DNA from: a virus
Length of the DNA stretch: 64,000 bases
Direction: 5' to 3' (one strand)
IMG/VR virus record: IMGVR_UViG_3300034980_000520
Location: 8,249 to 72,248 of that record
Under the pieces are notes generated by a model, which was given only the letters and a program-made list of their open reading frames with translations, searched no databases and was not told the origin of the DNA. The position numbers and the translations under genes are program-made. Shown here in pieces: positions 55,472 through 63,312 of the stretch. How positions within the stretch are numbered: the first letter of the stretch is position 1; every line of letters starts with the position of its first letter.

Positions 55472-56095
55472 ATGTCCCGTAAAACTTTATTAACCGAAAC
55501 TGAGATTAGGCAGTTTCTCAAGCTTGCCAACTTAGGTGCGGTAGGCGACACACGAATTCAAGAGATGAGCATGTCTCCGGATCTTGAAGATCTCGAAGAA
55601 GAGGCAGACCCAGAAGAGTTAGATAAATTCGCTGCTGATGATTTGGAGGACGACACCGCTCTCGGCGACGAAGAAGCCGGAGCCGATGAGCTTGAAGCTG
55701 ACTCCGAACTCGACGCAGAGATGGGCGGCGACATGGGCGGCGCCCCCGATGGCGAACAAATGGTATCGGTAAGTAATCTTATGTCAGCTCTGGAGGGCGC
55801 CCTTGAGGACGTCATCGGAGAGCCAGTCGAAACTGAGGTTGATATGGCCAAAGAGCCCGCGCCTGATGACGAGATGGAAATGGATCTGGATGTCACCGGT
55901 GACGGCGGCGAAATGGATGTTGCCATGGACGTCGAGGAAGAGCCCGGCATACGTGATAGTGGTGTGTACGAGAGCCAAGATGCACTTGTCAAAGAAGTTG
56001 CCCGGCGTGTTGCGACACGACTCAAGGCTAAGAACGATAAGACTGAGATGGTTGACGCTCTCGCTGAGCGAATCATGAAAAGACTCACCAAATAG
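55472..56095 (+). CDS. Acidic low-complexity protein, probable internal head/core protein
   Basis: Late motif at 55434, SD AGGAG, D/E-rich, IRQFLKLANL and RIMKRL motifs like the scaffold C-terminus. Confidence 0.7.
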   Translation: MSRKTLLTETEIRQFLKLANLGAVGDTRIQEMSMSPDLEDLEEEADPEELDKFAADDLEDDTALGDEEAGADELEADSELDAEMGGDMGGAPDGEQMVSVSNLMSALEGALEDVIGEPVETEVDMAKEPAPDDEMEMDLDVTGDGGEMDVAMDVEEEPGIRDSGVYESQDALVKEVARRVATRLKAKNDKTEMVDALAERIMKRLTK

Positions 56096-56096
56096 G

Positions 56097-56125
56097 TTGA
56101 CATTAGTTTTATTTTGATATATAAT
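56097..56125 (+). promoter_or_regulatory. sigma70 consensus promoter
   Basis: TTGACA-17-TATAAT. Confidence 0.8.
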
Positions 56126-56152
56126 AACCACCCTAGGGTGGTTATTTTTTTA
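56123..56152 (+). terminator. Palindrome/terminator overlapping the promoter start
   Basis: Perfect 24-bp palindrome AATAACCACCCTAGGGTGGTTATT plus a T-run. Confidence 0.6.
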
Positions 56153-56160
56153 AGGTAGAT

Positions 56161-56544
56161 ATGCAATACATTTTATATGCTCTCTTATTTCTTTTTGGAT
56201 ATATTACGTGCCGCACGTTTTATTTTCTAAGAGCCGTCCGATTAAGTGTCTCGCTCATTGTATCGGGACACCTTGTATACCTCTCTGCCATTGAAAGAAT
56301 AATTGAAAAATGGCGGCAAAATTTAGAAGAAACAGATTTAGAAAAAAATGATAAAATAATTCTAGAATTTAAGCTGGATAGAGAGGTGGAAGCCCTCCAA
56401 TCTAACTCTATAGACTACTTATTAAGGCTGCATCCGAGTTTCTATCGAGAAGCTTTGAAGTTCCATGACTGGCCAAGCGCTGCAGCCTATTTAGAGCAGA
56501 ACAGAGATTTGATGAACGAATTTTGGCAGGAGGAAAAGTCGTGA
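56161..56544 (+). CDS. Membrane-anchored hypothetical protein
   Basis: N-terminal TM helix. Confidence 0.7.
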   Translation: MQYILYALLFLFGYITCRTFYFLRAVRLSVSLIVSGHLVYLSAIERIIEKWRQNLEETDLEKNDKIILEFKLDREVEALQSNSIDYLLRLHPSFYREALKFHDWPSAAAYLEQNRDLMNEFWQEEKS

Positions 56545-57182
56545 TTAAAAGAATAAAAGATTTTGTAGACGGAAAAAACAAACCAGAGGCAGTCGAGTTG
56601 ACAACGGAGATGCTAGAAGAATTAGCGGCAGCGCTCCCTCCCAAAGAACCCGACATGCGCACCATAGGGATCTTTACAGAAGTAGCGGAAGAGAAGTGCG
56701 CAGAGCTTGTGCATGCGATGTTGTACTTAGATGAGTTAAATGCGCTCGATCGCACCGGAAATAACCAGCACCCCATCCAGTTTTATATCTCCACATATGG
56801 AGGCTCCGCAGATGATATGTTTGGTTTGTATGACGTGATGCGACAAGTTAAAGAGAGAACAGAGATTCACACCATCGGTGTAGGAAAAGTAATGTCTGCC
56901 GGCGTCCTTTTATTAGCCGCCGGAACTAACGGGCATCGCAAAATTGGCAAGAACTGTCGCGTCATGATTCATTCCGTCATCGGTGGCAACCATGGCTCTT
57001 TGCACAACATGGTGAATGAGATGGAGGCGATTGAGCAGTTACAAGAGATGTTTTGCGCGGCGCTGATTTCTGAAACCAAGATGACAAGAAAGCAGTTAAA
57101 GAATATGCTTGAACGCAAAGTGAATGTCTATTTATCTGCAGAAGAAGCAGTCGAATTAGGGATTGCTGACATAATTATTTAG
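56541..57182 (+). CDS. clpP: ClpP-like protease 2
   Basis: ISTYGG, VMSAGV, VMIHS, NVYLSAEEAVELGIAD; GTG start after AGGAGG. Confidence 0.88.
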   Translation: MIKRIKDFVDGKNKPEAVELTTEMLEELAAALPPKEPDMRTIGIFTEVAEEKCAELVHAMLYLDELNALDRTGNNQHPIQFYISTYGGSADDMFGLYDVMRQVKERTEIHTIGVGKVMSAGVLLLAAGTNGHRKIGKNCRVMIHSVIGGNHGSLHNMVNEMEAIEQLQEMFCAALISETKMTRKQLKNMLERKVNVYLSAEEAVELGIADIII

Positions 57183-57192
57183 AGGAAAGAGA

Positions 57193-58881
57193 ATGTTAAA
57201 TTTTATGAAAGATATGTTTATTGAGGTGAGGGAACAAAAAGAGACGCCTACCCAACTACAAACATTAACGGAAATGATTGAAGAGATCATGGCGATCCCC
57301 CTTGCTGGGATTCAAGAACAAGGATCCGCAAAACCCAAAGTACGCACCTATCATATCTCAGAGATCCCCATGATTCCGATTTCAGAACTTGGATGGGCAA
57401 ACGCAGACGACGATGCCGAGTCAGATGATCCTAATGCTCCGCCATCACAGCGCCAAGGCTTAGAGCAATATCTAGCCCAGATCCCGGGAACCGGATTCGA
57501 AGACAAGCTGAACGCTGTCTCTCGAATAATGGAAGAGGGGATAAATTCAATCCCGAAGGATAACCCTAAAGAATTTATACAGCAAGCAATGGCATATCTA
57601 GTATTTTATAAGACACTAACAATGGCAATTACAAACTTTAACGCATCCGCGGCAGGCTTCAACTTTGAAGCATTTCTTGCAGCATTAATGAAAGGAAGGC
57701 AAATCCCCGCGGGGGGCGCCAAGACTATCGCTGATATTACTGCCAACGTAGATGGGGAAAGAATCCCAGTTAGCCTTAAGCTGTATACCGACAAGGGGCT
57801 TGAAGTCGGAGGCAGCTTCTTTGATTTGTGTAATGATATGCTTCAGCCTAATGTTGAGTGGGCTGCGTGGGTAAATGCAAACCCTGAATTTGAGGGGGGC
57901 GCCATGAGGTATATAGCATGCACCAAGACATTGGATGGCGATGGTGTCGAGCAAGAAGGGCACATCGATTTTTACCAGTTCGACATCACACGCAACAATC
58001 TATTTGAGTTGTTGTCTGTAACAGACAAGGGCCGAAAAGCAATATTGTCGAATACGAATTTTATGGCAGCTTTAACTGAGTACATGAAAACCGGCGAACA
58101 AACTGATGCACTCAATTGGGCAGACGACATGCCTGCGCGCAGTGACACCAGCGATTCCGCTGAAATCTCCAGTTTATGGGCTGATTATCTTTCTAAAGCT
58201 GACTTATCTTCTATGAGAGACGCAGGAGTCAGCCAACAACAAGAGAAAACAATTCTTGATACATTGGTTAAAATGTACACGGACAACATAGAGGCATCCC
58301 AGAGCGCTTTAAAGCTCGCGGGTGACGGCGCACTAGCCACGCAGATAGCACTCGCTCTTAATAGCGATCCCACCCGCGAAGATGTAGCTGCTGCCCGCGC
58401 AATTAGAGATCAGATTGTTAAGCCTCTTTTCGACAACTTCAAGAAAGGGGTAATAAAAACCCGCGATGCTCGCGGACAATTTCTTGATAAGTCAGGGGAA
58501 TGGGCCACGGGCCCAGCAGTGGTAGAGTGGTATAATTCTTTAACGCCTGAGCTTAAAGCCATGGCAATTAAAAACACTAAAGGATATTTAACTCACTCTC
58601 ACTGGGTATTATCACGAGGGGCGACAATCAAGCTTGGCGGCGGCAAGCCCTTTGCAAAGTTAGAGATCGGAGCACGACAGGTAATGAAGGTATTAGAATC
58701 GGCCCGCGGCGAACTTATGGATGAGGTATTTGGCATCTTCGATCAGGTTGCACAAATGTCTAACAGGCTCAATTCTTTCTTTGCTAATGGGCTAAAAGAG
58801 GATGATGAGGCTAAAATGGCTGCTCAATCTGCGGATAAAGTTGGAACTGATACGAGAAAAGTTGCCGGCGTGAAAGAATAA
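57193..58881 (+). CDS. Hypothetical large protein, possible PD-(D/E)xK-fold virion protein
   Basis: GFNFEAFLA...IADI...VSLKL; late motif at 57128. Confidence 0.55.
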   Translation: MLNFMKDMFIEVREQKETPTQLQTLTEMIEEIMAIPLAGIQEQGSAKPKVRTYHISEIPMIPISELGWANADDDAESDDPNAPPSQRQGLEQYLAQIPGTGFEDKLNAVSRIMEEGINSIPKDNPKEFIQQAMAYLVFYKTLTMAITNFNASAAGFNFEAFLAALMKGRQIPAGGAKTIADITANVDGERIPVSLKLYTDKGLEVGGSFFDLCNDMLQPNVEWAAWVNANPEFEGGAMRYIACTKTLDGDGVEQEGHIDFYQFDITRNNLFELLSVTDKGRKAILSNTNFMAALTEYMKTGEQTDALNWADDMPARSDTSDSAEISSLWADYLSKADLSSMRDAGVSQQQEKTILDTLVKMYTDNIEASQSALKLAGDGALATQIALALNSDPTREDVAAARAIRDQIVKPLFDNFKKGVIKTRDARGQFLDKSGEWATGPAVVEWYNSLTPELKAMAIKNTKGYLTHSHWVLSRGATIKLGGGKPFAKLEIGARQVMKVLESARGELMDEVFGIFDQVAQMSNRLNSFFANGLKEDDEAKMAAQSADKVGTDTRKVAGVKE

Positions 58882-58884
58882 TAT

Positions 58885-58913
58885 TTGACATTTATATTAA
58901 AAGCGATTATAAT
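58885..58913 (+). promoter_or_regulatory. sigma70 consensus promoter for groEL
   Basis: TTGACA-17-TATAAT. Confidence 0.85.
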
Positions 58914-58936
58914 ATAAACATAATTATGAGGTATTA

Positions 58937-60520
58937 ATGAGTCGAGAGTACGACAATAATCAATCACTACAACAAAAAATAATGAATGGCGTTAACGTGC
59001 TAGCTGATAATGTAGCTTCCACTCTTGGACCCAGAGGCAGAAATGTTCTGCTACAGGAGAAGGACAAGCAGCCATTTATCACAAAGGATGGCGTCACGGT
59101 TGCTCATTTTGTAGCGCTCGACGATCCAATTGAAAATGCTGCCGCTCAAATCATAAAACAAGCCGCAGTCGAAACCAATAATAATGCGGGCGATGGCACC
59201 ACCACCGCCACAGTATTAGCCCGAGCCATATTATCTGAGGCTCAAAGATATATCGCCTCCGGTATTTCTCCCATTGAATTGCAGCGAGGCATCCACGCCA
59301 CAGTTAAGGAGATAAACAATAATCTTTCCGAACTTGCTTTACCGGTGACGAGTCTCGATGATATTCGTCATATTGCAACCATTTCGGCTAATAATGATCC
59401 TTCGATCGGAAGGCTAATCTCGATGGCAATTGATCGCGTTGGGCAAGATGGATCGATTACTATTGAAGAGTCGCGCTCAGTTGAGACGAGTATCGACATA
59501 GAGGAAGGGTTTAAGTTTAAATCTGGATATTGCGCTGGAGCGTTTGTGACAGACGAAAGGCGATCATTGATGTATCATGACGATCCTCTCATACTCGTTA
59601 CTGATCAAAAGGTAGATGCTGTAGAGCCAATTATCCCCATCTTAGAGATGGTTGCACGAGAAGGGCGCCCCCTAGTTGTTATTGCTGAAGAGATCGAAGG
59701 ACAGGCATTGGCGGCGATGATTATGAATGCGATGCGCGGCACCTTAAAGGTTGCCGGCATCAAAGCACCCTATTATGGAGATGAACGCAGAAACTCACTA
59801 AGCGATTTGGCACTTTCGACGGGAGCAACATTTATTTCACGATCTTCTGGGAAGAAATTATCAGAGGTAAAGCTCGCCGATTTGGGGAGCGCAAAGTTTA
59901 TCGAAAGCAATAGATATGCTACTACGATCGTCGGCGGGGCAGCTAATCACGAAGAAGTAGAGAAGAAGCTTGACTCCCTTAAGAGCGATGTTGAGAATAC
60001 AGACAATTTGTCCGAGGCAGAGGCGGTACAAGATCGAATTACTCGCCTAATATCGGGAGTGGCAGTCATTAGAGTTGGCGGCACTACTGCGGTGGAAATG
60101 ACAGAGAAGAAGCATCGTATTGAAGATGCTCTAGAGGCAGTTCGAGCCGCGCAAGACGATGGTGTTGTGCCCGGTGGAGGCTCTGCTCTTCTCCGTGCTG
60201 CCCAAAAAATTGTAATCGTTACTGAGGAAGGACACGCAGAACAGGCACATGGCGCCTCCATTGTGAAAAAGGCATGTTATGCTCCTGCAAGGCAGATGGC
60301 GCTTAATGCTGGATCTTCTCCTGACTTAATTATTAAACAAATTTTAGATGCCGACGTCGGCTTCGGCTGGGATTTCCGCAACGATCGATTGACAAACCTC
60401 ATAGAAAGTGGTATAATAGATCCAGTGAAGGTTACAAGGACAGCACTCCAGAACGCAGCATCAGCAGCAGGAACCTTGATGACAACTAATTATGGTATAA
60501 TCCAGACGGAGGACAAATGA
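58937..60520 (+). CDS. groEL: Chaperonin GroEL
   Basis: TLGPRGRNV, TKDGVTVA, AGDGTTTATVLA, EDAL, GVVPGGG, GIIDPVKVTR; no GGM tail. Confidence 0.96.
   Translation: MSREYDNNQSLQQKIMNGVNVLADNVASTLGPRGRNVLLQEKDKQPFITKDGVTVAHFVALDDPIENAAAQIIKQAAVETNNNAGDGTTTATVLARAILSEAQRYIASGISPIELQRGIHATVKEINNNLSELALPVTSLDDIRHIATISANNDPSIGRLISMAIDRVGQDGSITIEESRSVETSIDIEEGFKFKSGYCAGAFVTDERRSLMYHDDPLILVTDQKVDAVEPIIPILEMVAREGRPLVVIAEEIEGQALAAMIMNAMRGTLKVAGIKAPYYGDERRNSLSDLALSTGATFISRSSGKKLSEVKLADLGSAKFIESNRYATTIVGGAANHEEVEKKLDSLKSDVENTDNLSEAEAVQDRITRLISGVAVIRVGGTTAVEMTEKKHRIEDALEAVRAAQDDGVVPGGGSALLRAAQKIVIVTEEGHAEQAHGASIVKKACYAPARQMALNAGSSPDLIIKQILDADVGFGWDFRNDRLTNLIESGIIDPVKVTRTALQNAASAAGTLMTTNYGIIQTEDK
60389..60417 (+). 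promoter_or_regulatory. Internal perfect sigma70 promoter within groEL
   Basis: TTGACA-17-TATAAT about 100 nt before the next gene. Confidence 0.7.
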
Positions 60521-60729
60521 TGCAGCAAGGAGATTTGGTGCATATTCCACAAGGTGTTGAAATGTGGCACGAAACCGAAAAAGGAATGAAAATGCTTACA
60601 ACACACAAACCAATCACTGGTGTGTATTTGAGCGGTGAGAGGCACATCTATCGCGTGTACGCTGACGGTGACTGGAGCGTTAAAAGACGGGACGTGTACC
60701 CGATGGAGAACAGTCGTGGGATTAGTTAA
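60517..60729 (+). CDS. Small hypothetical protein (SH3/KOW-like)
   Basis: GDLVHIP start, SD GGAGG. Confidence 0.6.
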   Translation: MMQQGDLVHIPQGVEMWHETEKGMKMLTTHKPITGVYLSGERHIYRVYADGDWSVKRRDVYPMENSRGIS

Positions 60730-61012
60730 ACTTACGGAAGTGTGCCACAACACTTACACAATACCGACAGCAGATGATTACACGCTTAGAGAGGTATATG
60801 TGAACCCTGAACATGTGGTAATGATTAGAGAAGAGGCGCGTATGCAAAGGTTGAATGAGGAGGGAGTTCTCCCCGACGGCCTAAAACAATCCCATCAGTT
60901 CACTAAGCTCACTATAAATCGCGGACACACTGGTACAGAGATTGTAGTGGTGGGTGCCCCCGATATAATCGAGAACACTCTCAATTCAAAAAGAAAATTA
61001 ATTAAAGGTTAA
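60716..61012 (+). CDS. Hypothetical protein
   Basis: GTG start after GGAG; LREVYVNPEHVVMIRE. Confidence 0.6.
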   Translation: MGLVKLTEVCHNTYTIPTADDYTLREVYVNPEHVVMIREEARMQRLNEEGVLPDGLKQSHQFTKLTINRGHTGTEIVVVGAPDIIENTLNSKRKLIKG

Positions 61013-61014
61013 AA

Positions 61015-61404
61015 ATGTCAGAAGAAAACAAAAGAATCACTATACAATATTCAATTAAGCTGGGGGATCTCGCTTCGGAAGTGGAGAGGCTGTATATTCA
61101 GGCTGCTGAGAAACTGAAGGCACTCTCTCTTGAGGAAACAGGCACAGATGCTATTTTAGATTCTTCGCTCGTCAAGAAGGTTGATGAAATCAGAAAAGAA
61201 TTGGCGTCCACAGATTTAATGCTAATGGATATACAATCTATCGTTAGTTCATATATCCAATATGAGGTGTCTCTTAACTCGCCTGAAGTGGCTGAACATG
61301 ACGCGGAGATGACGGCGCCCCCCAATGGGCCAGCCATGCCCCGCGGCCCTGCCACTCTCACAGATTTAGCGGAAATGATATCCCATGTTGCTGAGCCCGC
61401 TTAA
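61015..61404 (+). CDS. Hypothetical coiled-coil protein
   Basis: 129-aa ORF in operon. Confidence 0.65.
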   Translation: MSEENKRITIQYSIKLGDLASEVERLYIQAAEKLKALSLEETGTDAILDSSLVKKVDEIRKELASTDLMLMDIQSIVSSYIQYEVSLNSPEVAEHDAEMTAPPNGPAMPRGPATLTDLAEMISHVAEPA

Positions 61405-62164
61405 GAGTCCCGACGGATTTGTCTGCGGCTCATATCTGAAAGAGTTAATCAAGCCGGCAAAAGCGATCCGAACATTTTTGCCCTTTAGTGGCGAGGTGGA
61501 GTTGGCACTCCTAGCAGACAATAGAGATGTAATTATCAATACAAATAATTATGTGATATATGAGTTCTGGTCGTGCTTCAGGACGGATCCCGTGCGCATT
61601 TCAGATCAGGCGCTAGAACTCCACAAACGCACCATACCGGGAATGATTAAAACCTACCAACAAGACTGGCCAGGAGTTAGAGATCCTTATCTAAGATCCG
61701 CCATTTTCTTTTTACTAAACAGATATTCAGAGACGGGTACCCTTTCTTCGGGCAACGTCAGCATGAATAATTATTCGCCGATGTGTCTTAATAATTTGCG
61801 AAGATGTGACGAGAGCGTGACACAAATTAAAATACTCTATCACAAGACGGAGGATTATTTAGAGGGAATCGATGAATGCCCGGCAGATGGGGTTGCTCTT
61901 CTCATGGCGGGACAATTTAATGCGGGCCCGCTCGGTGGGCGATCGAATAACGGGCATGAGACGTATGATATAAATCATCGAAATTTAAAAAAGAGACTGT
62001 TAGCAGCAGGAAAAGATTTTGTATTAGTCTACAAAGCGCACCGTGGGTTATTGCACCTATATAAAGGGTACACCATAATTTTATTAAACAAATTTGGCAA
62101 AGTTACGAAAAACATCGGATTGGCAGAAGAGATGATCATCACTACCTTACCGGCACCCCCATGA
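61385..62164 (+). CDS. Degenerate D12-class (Dam-like) adenine methyltransferase homolog
   Basis: FLPFSGE (motif I-like), IYEFW, AIFFLLNR, EDY; no DPPY motif. Confidence 0.55.
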   Translation: MLLSPLKSPDGFVCGSYLKELIKPAKAIRTFLPFSGEVELALLADNRDVIINTNNYVIYEFWSCFRTDPVRISDQALELHKRTIPGMIKTYQQDWPGVRDPYLRSAIFFLLNRYSETGTLSSGNVSMNNYSPMCLNNLRRCDESVTQIKILYHKTEDYLEGIDECPADGVALLMAGQFNAGPLGGRSNNGHETYDINHRNLKKRLLAAGKDFVLVYKAHRGLLHLYKGYTIILLNKFGKVTKNIGLAEEMIITTLPAPP

Positions 62165-62508
62165 CACACAAATTAATAGTGGCATGCACGCTGTTTGCCA
62201 TCGGACAGACTCTGGCGTGGTTCCAGATCAATAGTCAGTTTGTGTGGGAATGGTGGAAGCATCACCCAGCGGCAGCTGTTTTGCTTTACGGGATACCCAC
62301 CGGCTTCTGTTTTTATTATGGCGTGCGATTCGCCTATGAAGAGATGGGACAGGTGTGGGGCCCAAGGTTTCTGATTTTCAGCATGTCTTACTTGACTTTT
62401 CCGTTGCTGACGTGGTATTTCCTAGGCGAGAGCATGTTTACCGCCAAGACTATGATATGTGTGGCGCTCTCTTTTATGATTGTTAGCGTCCAACTATTTT
62501 GGAAATAA
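62161..62508 (+). CDS. Four-TM small membrane protein (DMT/SMR-like)
   Basis: Four hydrophobic helices, FLGE..TAK pattern. Confidence 0.6.
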   Translation: MTHKLIVACTLFAIGQTLAWFQINSQFVWEWWKHHPAAAVLLYGIPTGFCFYYGVRFAYEEMGQVWGPRFLIFSMSYLTFPLLTWYFLGESMFTAKTMICVALSFMIVSVQLFWK

Positions 62509-62511
62509 AAT

Positions 62512-63270
62512 ATGAGTAATATTTATTTGTTTGATGTGGATGGCACACTGACTCCCGCCAAGTCTAAAATTGACTCGGGATTTAAAAAAGTATTTGTTGA
62601 ATGGACACATGGAAAAGAGGTATACATTGTATCAGGAGGATCTTTTGTACGCTTAATCGATCAACTGGGGCTCGACGTCATCGACGGTACTGCCGGCATT
62701 TTTCCTTGCATGGGTAATATTTTTTATCAAAAAAGAGATCAGATCAACGAGAATGGATATAGAGAGTTTGACACAATTTACGAGAACAAATTTGTTTCCC
62801 CTAAAAATCTTAAGCGCTCATTAAACTCTGTTGTTGCGAAATCTGAATTTTTAATTAAGACAGGTAATCATTATGAAGAACGCACTGGGATGATGAACTT
62901 CTCGGTAGTGGGAAGAAACGCAGACAAAACCCAAAGGAAGCACTACGAACAGTGGGATGCAAAAAATCACGAGAGAGAAGCCATTGTGCAAAAACTGTGT
63001 GATATATACCCTACCCTCGATTTTGTGATCGGTGGCGCAGTCAGTATTGACATCTTCAACAAGGGGAACGACAAGGCTCAGGTTATTGGGCGCTATTTTA
63101 AGGAAGCCTTAGGGCATAACCAGATTCACTTTGTGGGTGATAGGATTCCCTTTCCCGGAAACGACCATTCGCTTGCTGAAGTATTACGCAGCCACAAAAA
63201 TGGGCACGTCTATGAGGTTAATAGATGGCAAGACACGGCGGAACTATTAAAGACTAAGGCTTTTGTGTAG
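62512..63270 (+). CDS. Phosphomannomutase (HAD-IIB, eukaryotic PMM-type)
   Basis: FDVDGTLT, VSGG, ERTGMMNFSVVGR, GGAVSIDI, DKAQ, FVGD..PGNDH. Confidence 0.85.
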   Translation: MSNIYLFDVDGTLTPAKSKIDSGFKKVFVEWTHGKEVYIVSGGSFVRLIDQLGLDVIDGTAGIFPCMGNIFYQKRDQINENGYREFDTIYENKFVSPKNLKRSLNSVVAKSEFLIKTGNHYEERTGMMNFSVVGRNADKTQRKHYEQWDAKNHEREAIVQKLCDIYPTLDFVIGGAVSIDIFNKGNDKAQVIGRYFKEALGHNQIHFVGDRIPFPGNDHSLAEVLRSHKNGHVYEVNRWQDTAELLKTKAFV

Positions 63271-63312
63271 ATACCCCTAAAAACAACTATTTATAATGAT
63301 GGAGTTAAATTA

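Noticed and set aside
55558-56166. 202-aa minus-strand Ser-rich ORF
   Set aside because: Antisense shadow of the Asp/Glu-rich gene.
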